A DNA stretch of 64,000 bases from Mobilisporobacter sp. (GTDB lineage: Bacteria; Bacillota; Clostridia; Lachnospirales; Lachnospiraceae): assembly GCA_031549965.1 (NCBI GenBank), contig JAVBPB010000003.1, positions 4,690-68,689 of the forward strand. The letters are read 5' to 3'. Numbering within the stretch: the first letter of the stretch is position 1; each line of letters begins with the position of its first letter. A program made the position numbers and the translations under genes. The notes below the pieces were generated by a model. The model saw only the letters and a program-made list of their open reading frames with translations, was not told the origin of the DNA and made no database searches. Shown here piece by piece: positions 28,911 to 39,293 of this stretch.

Positions 28911-30596
28911 ATGCTCTTAAATCTACATGTTAAAAATTTAGCACTAATAGATGAAGTAGAAGTATATTTTAAAGATCATCTAAACATATTAACAGGTGAA
29001 ACTGGTGCGGGAAAATCAATAATAATTGGATCAATAAATGCAGCACTTGGAGGAAAGGTTTCAAAAGAGATAATTAGAAAAGGTGCAGATTATGCATTAA
29101 TAGAATTAGTATTTCAAATAGAAGATAATAATATTATAGAAGAAATAAAAAACCTTGATATTCCAATCGAAGAAGATGGACAAGTTATAGTAACTAAAAA
29201 AATAATGAATGGAAGAAATATTAGTAAAATAAATGGTGAAAATGTAACTTCTGCAATTTTAAAACAAGTATCCGGACTGTTAATTGATATACATGGTCAG
29301 CATGAGCACCAATCCCTATTGTATAAAAGCAAACATTTAGAAATACTTGATAGATTTTCAAAGGATTTTATTGGTGATTTAAAAGAAAAATTATCTTCTA
29401 TATATTACGAATATATAAAGACAAAAGAAAAATTAGATGAATCAGTTATGGATGAAGAAAAAAGACTTAGAGAAATTTCATTTTTGGAATTTGAAGTTAA
29501 TGAAATAACCCAGGCTAAACTAATAATTGGTGAAGATGAAGACTTATCAATCAGGTATAAAAAACTTAAAAATTCCAACAATATAATGGAGGGTCTTACA
29601 GAAATTTATGAAAAAACAGGATATAATAATAATACATCGGCTGGTGACTCTATAGGAAGAACAATAAAAATAATTTCTAAAATTCAAGATTTTGATGAAG
29701 AAGTACTTAATTTTAAATTACAATTAGAAGAAATTGATTCACTTCTTAATGATTTTAACCGAGATATATCCAATTACATGGCTAATATGAATTTTGACGA
29801 AGAAGAGTTTAAGATAATTGAAGATAGAATAAGTTTAATTAATAATTTAAAATCAAAATATGGCAATTCAATTAATAACATACTTGAATACAAAAAGCGA
29901 AGTGAGGAAAAACTCCAACAGCTAATTGAACATGATGAATATGTAGATAAATTAAAAGCGGAAGTTAATTTATTAGAAGGAAAATTAAAACAAATATCAC
30001 AAGAACTATCTAATATAAGAAAAAAGGAAGCAGTTGAGTTAACAAAAAAAATAAAAGAAGCTTTAATTGAATTAAATTTTTTAGATGTAAAATTTGAAAT
30101 GCAATTTGAAAATCTTTTAAAGTATTCAAGAAATGGTTTTGATGAAGCAGAATTTATTATATCAACTAATCCTGGTGAAGAATTAAAACCTTTGTCTAAG
30201 GTTGCCTCAGGCGGAGAACTTTCAAGAATTATGTTAGCTATAAAATCTATACTGGCGGATAATGATTCTATTGATACACTAATATTCGACGAAATTGATG
30301 TTGGAATAAGTGGAAGAACAGCCCAAAAGGTTTCTGAAAGATTAGCAGTAATTGCAAAAAATCATCAAATCATTTGTATAACTCATTTAGCTCAAATAGC
30401 GGCAATGGCTGATGAACACTTTATTATAGAAAAAACAGCTACAATGGATTCTACAGTTACTTCAATTAGGGAATTAAATGAAATACAAGTAATAGATGAA
30501 ATAGCAAGAATACTTGGAGGTGCTAAAATAACTGACAGTATTTTAGAAAGTGCAAAGGAAATGAAGGAATTGGCAAAAAGCACAAAAATATACTAG
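28911..30596 (+). CDS. recN: DNA repair protein RecN
   Basis: Walker A GETGAGKS, SMC-like coiled coil, signature SGGELSRIMLAIK, Walker B LIFDEID. Confidence 0.93.
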   Translation: MLLNLHVKNLALIDEVEVYFKDHLNILTGETGAGKSIIIGSINAALGGKVSKEIIRKGADYALIELVFQIEDNNIIEEIKNLDIPIEEDGQVIVTKKIMNGRNISKINGENVTSAILKQVSGLLIDIHGQHEHQSLLYKSKHLEILDRFSKDFIGDLKEKLSSIYYEYIKTKEKLDESVMDEEKRLREISFLEFEVNEITQAKLIIGEDEDLSIRYKKLKNSNNIMEGLTEIYEKTGYNNNTSAGDSIGRTIKIISKIQDFDEEVLNFKLQLEEIDSLLNDFNRDISNYMANMNFDEEEFKIIEDRISLINNLKSKYGNSINNILEYKKRSEEKLQQLIEHDEYVDKLKAEVNLLEGKLKQISQELSNIRKKEAVELTKKIKEALIELNFLDVKFEMQFENLLKYSRNGFDEAEFIISTNPGEELKPLSKVASGGELSRIMLAIKSILADNDSIDTLIFDEIDVGISGRTAQKVSERLAVIAKNHQIICITHLAQIAAMADEHFIIEKTATMDSTVTSIRELNEIQVIDEIARILGGAKITDSILESAKEMKELAKSTKIY

Positions 30597-30626
30597 ATTT
30601 AAAAGAAAATAAAAACACATACTAAG

Positions 30627-30665
30627 AAGGATATACAAGGAAATACGTTGTATATTCTTTTTTTA
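30627..30665 (+). terminator. Rho-independent terminator after recN
   Basis: 12-bp stem AAGGATATACAA / TTGTATATTCTT (one G:U pair) followed by TTTTTT. Confidence 0.7.
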
Positions 30666-30694
30666 TTGATTAATTTAAGGAAGGATGTGTTTTT

Positions 30695-31972
30695 ATGAGT
30701 AGAAAAAATTTATACAAAAGATTTTTATTAATATTTTTAGCACTTGACTTTTTTGCAATAATTGGTTTGGGATATTCAAATTTAAATTCATTAATACCTA
30801 ATGAATTAAAGCTTACAGTAGATAATGCTGAAAAAATAAATTTAAACCTTCCTTTAGATTTTAAAATATATACTAAAGATGTTGATGTATTAAGCATTGA
30901 TTCTAAAAAGCTAAGTGAAAATCAAATAAACAAAAATAATTCCTTTATTATCGAATCCTCTGAAAAGGGAAGTTATAGTATTGATTTAAAATTATTTGGA
31001 CTAATTCATTTAAAAAGAATATCTTTAGATGTGGTAGACACAGTTGAACTTATTCCATGTGGGTTTCCTATTGGTATATATGTAGAAACTGATGGTATAT
31101 TAGTTCTTGGAACAAGTGCAATAACATGTATTGATGGATTAAACTATGATCCTTCTAACAAAGTTTTAAAATCAGGAGATTACATTGTAAGTATAAATAG
31201 TAAAAGCGTTAATGATAAATATGAATTTATCGAAGAACTTAAAAACTGTCAAGGGAAAGAAATAATACTTGGTATAAGAAGAAACGATAAAAATATAATA
31301 ACCAAAGTACAACCTGTTAAGACATCACAAAATGAATATAAGATTGGTGTTTGGATTAGAGATAATACTCAGGGAGTAGGGACACTAACCTTTACAGATA
31401 AAAATGGCAATTTTGGTGCATTAGGGCATGGCATAAATGATATTGATACAAGTATGTTAATGGATATAAATAGGGGAAATATTTATAGTGCAGAGATTTT
31501 GTCGATTGTAAAAGGAAAAAATGGAACACCAGGTGAATTAATTGGCTTATTTAATTATGCTAAGAGCATCAAAATTGGAAGCATAGTAAAAAATACACAG
31601 CAAGGTGTCTTTGGTGTTATAAATGAGAATTTTAAGGATTATGAATTTAGTCAGCCTATGAAAGTTGGCTTTAAACAAGATGTAAAATTGGGAAAAGCTC
31701 TATTAAGATGTAGTGTTAATGGTAAAATTAAAGATTATAACATTGAAATTGAAAAAATAGATATAAGCGATTCTAAACATGGCAAAGGTATGGTAGTAAA
31801 AATAACAGATGAAGAACTGCTTGGATTAACAAATGGAATAGTACAAGGAATGAGCGGAAGCCCTATAATACAAGATAATAAGATTATTGGTGCAATAACA
31901 CATGTTTTTGTACAAGATTCAACAAAAGGTTATGCTACTTTTATTGAGAATATGATAAAGGCAATTAATTAG
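30695..31972 (+). CDS. spoIVB: SpoIVB peptidase (S55 family, PDZ-containing sporulation signalling protease)
   Basis: N-terminal TM helix, PDZ region (LKSGDYIVSINSKSV), catalytic region ...GIVQGMSGSPII.... Conserved position between recN and spo0A. Confidence 0.9.
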   Translation: MSRKNLYKRFLLIFLALDFFAIIGLGYSNLNSLIPNELKLTVDNAEKINLNLPLDFKIYTKDVDVLSIDSKKLSENQINKNNSFIIESSEKGSYSIDLKLFGLIHLKRISLDVVDTVELIPCGFPIGIYVETDGILVLGTSAITCIDGLNYDPSNKVLKSGDYIVSINSKSVNDKYEFIEELKNCQGKEIILGIRRNDKNIITKVQPVKTSQNEYKIGVWIRDNTQGVGTLTFTDKNGNFGALGHGINDIDTSMLMDINRGNIYSAEILSIVKGKNGTPGELIGLFNYAKSIKIGSIVKNTQQGVFGVINENFKDYEFSQPMKVGFKQDVKLGKALLRCSVNGKIKDYNIEIEKIDISDSKHGKGMVVKITDEELLGLTNGIVQGMSGSPIIQDNKIIGAITHVFVQDSTKGYATFIENMIKAIN

Positions 31973-32005
31973 ATAAATGAAAAGTTGAAATATGGAAAAC
32001 AAATA

Positions 32006-32012
32006 TTCGACA
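32006..32012 (-). promoter_or_regulatory. Perfect 0A box (TGTCGAA) upstream of spo0A
   Basis: The + strand reads TTCGACA, the complement of the consensus TGNCGAA. Confidence 0.4.
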
Positions 32013-32131
32013 GCACATTATATAAAAAAATGAAATAGTATATTTTATGATTTCAAGAAAAAATAAAATAAAATCATTTTAGACAAAAACATTTATCATA
32101 TTCAATTTAGCACTTTAACGCTGCATTATAC

Positions 32132-32138
32132 CGTCGAA
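32132..32138 (+). promoter_or_regulatory. 0A-box-like heptamer (CGTCGAA, 6/7)
   Basis: Read directly from the sequence, within the 500-nt AT-rich spo0A leader region. Confidence 0.3.
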
Positions 32139-32474
32139 TATTGCGATAAAAATAGATTGAACAAACATTATAAGACTATTATAATACAAATAAGTTCTAA
32201 AAAAGAACTAACCAAGAAAATTATGCATAATCTTATTGGAAAAAAAATAATAATGTCAATGTAAAAGAAAAATAGAATATATTTTTGTTTAATTAATTAT
32301 TTTAAATTATTAAAATATTAATTGTAATAAAATATGGAAAAATCATATCATATGAAAAATATTTATGAGTATTTTGCCTAAAAATAATTTATTTAATAAA
32401 AATATTGCTCTATAATCTAATAATTAGTATAATGTAATAGATTATACGGGAAGATGATATTAAGAGGAGGAAAT

Positions 32475-33278
32475 ATGGATAAAATTAATGTGGCAATTAT
32501 TGACGACAACGAAAGAATGGTAAACTTATTAGATGGTATTTTAAGAAGTGACGATGATATTGAAGTAGTTGCAAAAGGGGATAATGGATTGGCAGCACTG
32601 GATATAATTAAAGAAAAGCAACCGGATGTAGTTTTATTAGATTTAATTATGCCTAAGCTTGATGGGCTTGGAGTAATGGAAAAGGTAAGAAAAGATCCTG
32701 ATATGAAAAAATCTCCTGCATTTATAATTGTAACAGCAATTGGACAAGAAGTTATAACAGAGAATGCATTTGAATTAGGTGCAAATTATTATATAATGAA
32801 ACCTTTTGATAATAATATGATTTTAAATAGAATTAAACAGATAAAAAAAGACAAAAGCAACAGACTACTTGATAATAAAAAAATGAATATAATAGAAAAT
32901 AAAGCAACTGCTTACATAGAAAGAAACTTAGAAGCAGATGTAACAAATATAATTCATGATATTGGGGTACCTGCACATATAAAGGGATATCAATATTTAA
33001 GAGATGCAATTATTTTAGCAGTGAATGAACCGGATGTATTAAATTCAATAACAAAATTATTATATCCAACAGTTGCTAAGCAGCAACAAACAACGCCAAG
33101 CAGAGTAGAAAGAGCAATTAGACATGCAATTGAAGTGGCATGGAGTAGGGGAAAAGTTGATACAATAAATGATTTATTTGGATATACTGTTAATACAGGA
33201 AAAGGAAAACCAACAAATTCAGAATTTGTTGCATTAATTGCGGATAAAATTAGGTTAGAGTATAAGATGAGAGGATAA
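32475..33278 (+). CDS. spo0A: Sporulation master regulator Spo0A
   Basis: ATG at 32475 follows AGAGGAGG. Receiver domain (DD...D56-like [11 protein letters not shown]). C-terminal Spo0A-specific HTH (...[20 protein letters not shown]...[10 protein letters not shown]...[17 protein letters not shown]). Confidence 0.95.
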   Translation: MDKINVAIIDDNERMVNLLDGILRSDDDIEVVAKGDNGLAALDIIKEKQPDVVLLDLIMPKLDGLGVMEKVRKDPDMKKSPAFIIVTAIGQEVITENAFELGANYYIMKPFDNNMILNRIKQIKKDKSNRLLDNKKMNIIENKATAYIERNLEADVTNIIHDIGVPAHIKGYQYLRDAIILAVNEPDVLNSITKLLYPTVAKQQQTTPSRVERAIRHAIEVAWSRGKVDTINDLFGYTVNTGKGKPTNSEFVALIADKIRLEYKMRG

Positions 33279-33294
33279 ATATAATATAGATTAA

Positions 33295-33324
33295 AAAAGG
33301 ATAATCAAAAGATTATCCTTTTTT
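33295..33324 (+). terminator. Rho-independent terminator after spo0A
   Basis: AAAAGGATAATC / GATTATCCTTTT stem with T-run. Confidence 0.75.
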
Positions 33325-33405
33325 ATATAATATTTTATACCTATTATGCCGAAATATATATAAAGTAGAAATTAATTGAAAAAACAATAAGATGGAGGAA
33401 AGATT

Positions 33406-35208
33406 ATGAAAAGAAAGTTTATACAAAAAATAATAGTTTTTGTAGGTGCGATTTTAATTGTTTTAGGATTTAGTTCAACAGTTTTGGCAGATACATATAC
33501 CACAGATATACCCATTGTTGTTAATAAAACCTATAATGGAATGACAAACATAATTAATTCAAGTGAAACGGAAATAAAAAGATATACAATTAATCTAACT
33601 AGTTATGCAAGAGTATATGCTGAATTTATTTCTGATGACGGATTTTTATATGCAAGACTTATAGATGGTTCTACTGGAAAAGAATTAGCTTTATATAGTC
33701 CTAAAACATATGGCGAAGTTTGGTATTCAAAAGGTTTTGATTTATCAGTTGGAACATATTATTTTGAAGTAGAGAGAAAAGTTAATTCAAGTGTTCAATT
33801 AAATTATTCATTTACAATTCATTCAACAATGTATGGTTTAGATATTGCCAAAGAAGATTATTCTTGTGACTTAGCATTAAACAAAAACTATACTCAGTCA
33901 AGATATATTGATGATTACTCTAAAACATCATTTAAGCGTACATTCGCAGTATTAGAAGATGGTATAGTAGATATTGAATTTATTAATAATTCAAATGGGT
34001 ATGGTGATATTACAATATTTACAGCTTCGGGAGTTCCTATTAGCAGCGAATCATATATGCCAAATGGAAAAGCTACATTGAAAAATAATTATTTGACAAA
34101 AGGCAACTATTATGTGCAAATAGAAAATGTTTTTACAGGTATAGTTTTTCAATATGATATTTGTATAAATCATAACAAAGCAATGATTCTTGATCATATT
34201 AATAACGATAAAAGTGAAAAAATATATGTAGGAGACGCAAAAAAGTTTTACTTTGAGAACGTTATATTTGAAGGTGCAACATGGAAGTCCTCAAACACAA
34301 GTGTTGTTTCAATTTCGGGATTTGGTGTTGCAACAGCAATTAAAGAAGGTACTGCAGTTATATCATTAGTAAGTTCAGACAACAATGTTATATATACATA
34401 TAATTTAATTGTTGTAACTAAGGATAATTATACAATACAAAAATTAAGCTTTAATATAGCAAATAAACTTTTAAATTCAGGAGATCAATTTAATTTAAAG
34501 CCAATATATTTACCTGCTGATGTAACTAATAAAAACTTGTATTGGGAAACAACAGATAAAGATGTTGCAACAGTTAGTCAAGGTGGTATAGTTACAGCAA
34601 TAGGTTCAGGTACAGCAATTATTACAGTAACTGATAAGATTACCGGAAAAGTTGCAGCTTGCGAAGTATTTATAGATACACAAGGAACTGACTTGGAAAG
34701 AATAATAATTAATGAAGGTGAATACTATATAGAACATGGAGATGAAATTCAATTAGAAGCAAAACCGTATCCATCAGGAGCTTTACTTGGAGATATAATT
34801 TGGTATTCAGCAGATCCAAGTATCGTTACAGTTAATTCCGATGGTATTGCTGAGGGAGTAGCACCAGGAGACGCCACAATAATAGCCTATACAGCAAAAA
34901 ATTTAGATAGTGGTGAAAGTATGGCTTATTGTACAGTACATGTAGAAAATGTTTATTTTGTAGAAAAGGTTTCTCTAAATCTTACTAAAAAGACACTTCA
35001 AAGAGGAAAAACATTTACATTAAAAGCAACAGTATCTCCGTCTAATGCCGGAATAAAAACTGTTTCGTATAAATCTTCCAATACAAAAGTTGCTACTGTT
35101 AACAGTAAAGGTGTTGTTACCGGAATTAAGCCAGGAACAGCAGTAATAACAGTTAAATCTAATGATAAGTTTGGAAAAAGTACTAAATGTACGGTTACTG
35201 TAAAATAA
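33406..35208 (+). CDS. Secreted protein: two PPC-like (pre-peptidase C-terminal-like) modules plus four Big_2 domains
   Basis: Signal peptide. Two internally similar about 110-aa modules (...NKTYxG...RYTINL...GTYYFEVE...YSFTI and ...NKNYTQ...RTFAVL...GNYYVQIE...YDICI). These are followed by Big_2 signatures (WKSSNTSVVSI..., WETTDKDVATVSQGG..., etc.). Confidence 0.7.
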   Translation: MKRKFIQKIIVFVGAILIVLGFSSTVLADTYTTDIPIVVNKTYNGMTNIINSSETEIKRYTINLTSYARVYAEFISDDGFLYARLIDGSTGKELALYSPKTYGEVWYSKGFDLSVGTYYFEVERKVNSSVQLNYSFTIHSTMYGLDIAKEDYSCDLALNKNYTQSRYIDDYSKTSFKRTFAVLEDGIVDIEFINNSNGYGDITIFTASGVPISSESYMPNGKATLKNNYLTKGNYYVQIENVFTGIVFQYDICINHNKAMILDHINNDKSEKIYVGDAKKFYFENVIFEGATWKSSNTSVVSISGFGVATAIKEGTAVISLVSSDNNVIYTYNLIVVTKDNYTIQKLSFNIANKLLNSGDQFNLKPIYLPADVTNKNLYWETTDKDVATVSQGGIVTAIGSGTAIITVTDKITGKVAACEVFIDTQGTDLERIIINEGEYYIEHGDEIQLEAKPYPSGALLGDIIWYSADPSIVTVNSDGIAEGVAPGDATIIAYTAKNLDSGESMAYCTVHVENVYFVEKVSLNLTKKTLQRGKTFTLKATVSPSNAGIKTVSYKSSNTKVATVNSKGVVTGIKPGTAVITVKSNDKFGKSTKCTVTVK

Positions 35209-35299
35209 TTTAGAAAAATCTTTTATTTATTAAAGAATTAAGGTATAATGTACTTATGTAATTGTATAGTAAATTATTACCATAGGAGGTTTTCTTGAA

Positions 35300-36736
35300 A
35301 TGAAAAAAATATTATTTGTAGCATCCGAATCAGTTCCATTTATTAAAACAGGAGGTTTAGCAGATGTTGTAGGTTCATTACCAAAGTGTTTTAATAAGGA
35401 AGAATATGACGTTAGAGTGATGCTTCCAAAATATATGGCAATTTCTGAAGAATTTAAAAAACAAATGGAATATAAAACTCATTTTTATATGGATTTGGCA
35501 TGGAGAAGTCAATACGTTGGAATAAATGAATTAGTTTATGATGGAGTTACATTTTATTTTATAGACAATGAATATTATTTTGCAGGATTTAGTCCATATG
35601 GAAATATTTATGAAGACATCGAAAAATTTGCTTTCTTTTGCAAAGCTTCACTTTCTGCATTACCAATTATTGATTTTAGACCAGATATTATTCACTGCCA
35701 TGATTGGCAGACAGGACTTTTGCCAGTATATTTAAAGGATAGATTTTCTCAAGGAGACTTCTTTAGAGGAATTAAAACAATTATTACAATCCATAATTTA
35801 AAATTTCAAGGTGTATGGGATGTAAAAACAGTTAGAGATATTACAGGACTATCCCAGTATTATTTTGCACCAGACAAATTAGAAGCATATGGTGATGCTA
35901 ATTACTTAAAAGGCGGTATTGTATATTCTGATTATGTTACAACTGTTAGTGACACATATGCAGAGGAAATCAAAATGCCTTTTTATGGCGAAGGACTTGA
36001 TGGACTAATAAGAGCCAGAAGTAATTCATTGATGGGTATTGTTAATGGTATAGATTATGATGAATATAATCCAGAAACTGATAAATTGATATTTAATAAT
36101 TATACAATAAAGAATTTTAGAAAAGAAAAGGCTAAAAATAAAAAGAGCTTACAACAAGAGTTAGGGCTTGAAGTAAATGATAAAAAATTTATGATTGGAA
36201 TAGTATCACGTCTTACCGATCAAAAAGGATTTGATTTAATTGATTATGTAATAGAAGAAATATGTTCTGAGGATACTCAGCTAGTTGTACTAGGAACAGG
36301 TCAAGATAAATATGAAAACTTGTTTAGGCATTTTGCTTGGAAATACCCTGAAAGAGTATCAGCTAATATTTTCTATTCCAATGAAAGATCTCATAAAATA
36401 TATGCAGCATGTGATGCATTCTTAATGCCATCACTATTTGAACCATGTGGTCTTAGTCAACTTATGAGTTTAAGGTATGGAACTGTTCCAATTGTAAGAG
36501 AAACAGGTGGATTAAAAGATACTGTTGAACCATATAATGAATTTGATAATTCTGGTACAGGGTTTAGCTTTAAAAATTATAATGCCCATGAAATGCTTAA
36601 TTCCATAAGATATGCTAAAAATATTTTTTATAGTAAGAAACGTGATTGGAATAAGATAATAGACAGAGGAATGTCAACAGATTTTTCATGGAATAATTCA
36701 GCCAAGAAATATGAAGACCTATATAACAAAATGTAA
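35300..36736 (+). CDS. glgA: Glycogen synthase (ADP-glucose type, GT5)
   Basis: N-terminal KTGGLADVVGSLP, C-terminal ...SLFEPCGLSQLMSLRYGTVPIVRETGGLKDTV. Confidence 0.92.
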   Translation: MKKILFVASESVPFIKTGGLADVVGSLPKCFNKEEYDVRVMLPKYMAISEEFKKQMEYKTHFYMDLAWRSQYVGINELVYDGVTFYFIDNEYYFAGFSPYGNIYEDIEKFAFFCKASLSALPIIDFRPDIIHCHDWQTGLLPVYLKDRFSQGDFFRGIKTIITIHNLKFQGVWDVKTVRDITGLSQYYFAPDKLEAYGDANYLKGGIVYSDYVTTVSDTYAEEIKMPFYGEGLDGLIRARSNSLMGIVNGIDYDEYNPETDKLIFNNYTIKNFRKEKAKNKKSLQQELGLEVNDKKFMIGIVSRLTDQKGFDLIDYVIEEICSEDTQLVVLGTGQDKYENLFRHFAWKYPERVSANIFYSNERSHKIYAACDAFLMPSLFEPCGLSQLMSLRYGTVPIVRETGGLKDTVEPYNEFDNSGTGFSFKNYNAHEMLNSIRYAKNIFYSKKRDWNKIIDRGMSTDFSWNNSAKKYEDLYNKM

Positions 36737-36816
36737 AAAAAATTAAAAATATAATGCATAATATCCTCCTTTTTAGTAATAATACTATTGTATATTATTA
36801 AAAGGAGGAATTTTTT

Positions 36817-37002
36817 ATGTCAGTATTAAACGAAATGGAACTACAAAATTTAAGACATCTAATTGGAGCACATGAAACAGCTTACAGTAAGTTATCAGCG
36901 TACGCAGAAAGCTCAACAGATTCTAATGTGAAGCAGTATTTTCAAAAATCTGCACAATCAGCACAACAGACAAAACAACAATTAATTCAATTTTTACAGT
37001 AG
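36817..37002 (+). CDS. Small spore-coat-protein-F-like (CotF family) protein
   Basis: 61 aa, ...ELQNLRHLIGAHETAYSKL...QYFQKSAQSAQQTKQQLIQFL. Paired with the next gene, as CotF-like pairs usually are. Confidence 0.55.
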   Translation: MSVLNEMELQNLRHLIGAHETAYSKLSAYAESSTDSNVKQYFQKSAQSAQQTKQQLIQFLQ

Positions 37003-37014
37003 GAGGGTATTTAG

Positions 37015-37272
37015 ATGGAAGAAAAAGCAATGGTAGTTGACGCATTACAGTCAATAAATGCTAGTTTAAAATCATATGGAGATATGATATCACAAACAGA
37101 AAATCAACAATTAAGACAAAAATTACAGCAGTTAAGAAATGATTGTGAAACATCACAATATGAGCTGTTTTGTATAGCTAAAGATAAAGATTATTATAGA
37201 CCTGCTAAACAAGCAGAACAAGATGACATTATGGATGTAAAAAATTTCTTTACTAATGGACAAGCTAAATAA
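37015..37272 (+). CDS. Spore coat protein F-like (CotF family) protein
   Basis: 85 aa, ...DALQSINASLKSYGDMISQTENQQLRQKLQQLRNDCETSQYELFCIAKDKDYYRPA..., a CotF-type helical signature. Confidence 0.6.
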   Translation: MEEKAMVVDALQSINASLKSYGDMISQTENQQLRQKLQQLRNDCETSQYELFCIAKDKDYYRPAKQAEQDDIMDVKNFFTNGQAK

Positions 37273-37419
37273 GTTATTTAATGGGATGTATAAATTGTAC
37301 ATCCCTTATACATAGTTGAGATTAATATTAATATTTAAATTTTACTTGTAATATTTGCTAATATTATGTTATTATATGATATAATGTGTATAATTGAAGA
37401 ATAATTTAGGAGGTTTTTT

Positions 37420-39078
37420 ATGTCTATAAAAAGTTTAGAGACATTATTTCAATTTATTGGCGGACTAGGCATGTTTCTATATGGAATGAATATTATGGCA
37501 GATGGTCTTCAAAAATCAGCAGGCAAAAAAATGAAACAACTGCTTGGCTTTTTAACAAATAACAGACTAATTGCAGTAATAGTAGGTGCTTTGGTTACAG
37601 GAATAATTCAAAGCAGTTCGGCTACTACAGTTATGGTTGTTGGTTTTGTAAATGCAGGTATAATTAACCTTACACAGGCTGTAGGAGTAATAATGGGGGC
37701 AAATATTGGAACTACTATTACAAGTTGGCTTGTTTCTATGAGTGAATGGGGAGAAATGTTAAAACCTGAATTTATTGCCCCATTATTTATTGGTATAGGT
37801 GCATTTATTATTTTATTTGCTAAAAAGGCTAGAAAAAAGGAAATTGGTGAAATTTTAGTAGGTTTTGGTATTTTATTTATTGGATTAAGTTTTATGTCTA
37901 ATTCTATTAAACCATATAAGGATTCACAAATTTTTGTAGATGCATTTACTATATTAGGAAGAAATCCTTTGTTGGGAATTTTAGCCGGTGCTGTAGTAAC
38001 AGGTATAATACAAAGTTCTTCTGCTTCAGTTGGAATTTTGCAAACCCTTGCAATGAATGGAATTGTAAATTGGAAATCAGCAATATTTATTACACTTGGA
38101 CAAAATATCGGAACTTGTGTAACTGCTATTTTATCATGTGCAGGTGCTAATAAAACAGCTAAAAGGGCGGCGGCAATACATCTGCTTTTTAATACTATTG
38201 GTGCTGTACTTTTTGGAATACTAATGTATATTATATTTTTATTTAATAAAGAACTTGCAGCCTCTTCAATAACAAGTACCCAAATATCTATTTTCCACAC
38301 TATATTCAACGTAACCAATACAATTATTTTATTTCCTTTTGCTAATCTTCTTGTTAAGGCATCAGCTTTACTTGTTAGAGGAAAAGACGAAGGTGATGAA
38401 AAAGATGAGGTTAAGGTTTTACTTAGACATTTAGATGAGAGAATTTTAGAAACACCATCATTTGCAGTAGAAAATGCAATTAAAGAAGTAGTGCACATGG
38501 GCGAAGTTGCAAAGGAAAATGTAAATTTGGCAATAAAAGCGGTGTTAACTAATAATATGGATAAAGCAATAAAAGTTATTGAAAATGAAAGTGTTATAAA
38601 CAATATGGAAGCTATTATCACTGAATATTTAGTAAAAATCAGCAATCTTTCATTAACGGAAAAACAACATGAAACAATTAATCATTTATTTTATACAATA
38701 AGTGATATTGAAAGAGTTGGTGATCATTGCGAAAATATTGCTGAGTTTGCAGTATATAAAATTAATAATGATTTAAAATTTTCAGAAATAGCAATTAGTG
38801 AATTAGAGGAAATTACATCTAAAGTATATGAATCATTTTCTAATGCTATTGATGCAAGAAAATTTGAGAATGTAGAATTTATTAGAAATGTAGTTAAGCT
38901 AGAAGATATGGTTGATGAATTAGAAGAGGACTTAAGAGAAAAACACATTCAACGCTTAAGTCTAAATCAATGCGATCCTAAGTCTGGAATAGTATTTTTA
39001 GATTTAATAAGTAATTTGGAAAGAATTTCAGATCATTCCCAAAATATCGCTAATTATATTAGGGATGAGCTTGATTAA
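37420..39078 (+). CDS. Na+/phosphate cotransporter family protein with C-terminal PhoU-like domains
   Basis: Duplicated GIIQSSSA(T/S) motifs of the NptA/YjbB family. C-terminal PhoU repeats (...ISDIERVGDHCENIA..., ...LERISDHSQNIA). Confidence 0.88.
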   Translation: MSIKSLETLFQFIGGLGMFLYGMNIMADGLQKSAGKKMKQLLGFLTNNRLIAVIVGALVTGIIQSSSATTVMVVGFVNAGIINLTQAVGVIMGANIGTTITSWLVSMSEWGEMLKPEFIAPLFIGIGAFIILFAKKARKKEIGEILVGFGILFIGLSFMSNSIKPYKDSQIFVDAFTILGRNPLLGILAGAVVTGIIQSSSASVGILQTLAMNGIVNWKSAIFITLGQNIGTCVTAILSCAGANKTAKRAAAIHLLFNTIGAVLFGILMYIIFLFNKELAASSITSTQISIFHTIFNVTNTIILFPFANLLVKASALLVRGKDEGDEKDEVKVLLRHLDERILETPSFAVENAIKEVVHMGEVAKENVNLAIKAVLTNNMDKAIKVIENESVINNMEAIITEYLVKISNLSLTEKQHETINHLFYTISDIERVGDHCENIAEFAVYKINNDLKFSEIAISELEEITSKVYESFSNAIDARKFENVEFIRNVVKLEDMVDELEEDLREKHIQRLSLNQCDPKSGIVFLDLISNLERISDHSQNIANYIRDELD

Positions 39079-39182
39079 CAAGTTAATAATAATTAAGAAT
39101 ATAAAAATATATACAATAAACCATTCTCTTTTTTATCCAAAATGATTAAATTGTATATTATCATATAATTAACAAATTCTAC

Positions 39183-39211
39183 TTGATATTTTTACCAGAA
39201 TTGGGTAAAAT
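39183..39211 (+). promoter_or_regulatory. Candidate sigma-A promoter of the gap operon
   Basis: TTGATA, 17-nt spacer, TAAAAT. Followed by an 8-bp palindrome AGCTTGTC-N8-GACAAGCT at 39236-39259. Confidence 0.4.
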
Positions 39212-39293
39212 AGAACTGTAAATAATTTAGTAAATAGCTTGTCAAAAATAAGACAAGCTTATTATAAAAAAATTTTTTTAGGAGGATTTTATC

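Noticed and set aside
37608-38645. 345-aa antisense ORF inside the Na/Pi cotransporter gene.
   Set aside because: It is fully embedded antisense to a gene with clear family motifs. The hydrophobic mirror-image composition is typical of antisense frames of membrane-protein genes in AT-rich genomes. No RBS is present.
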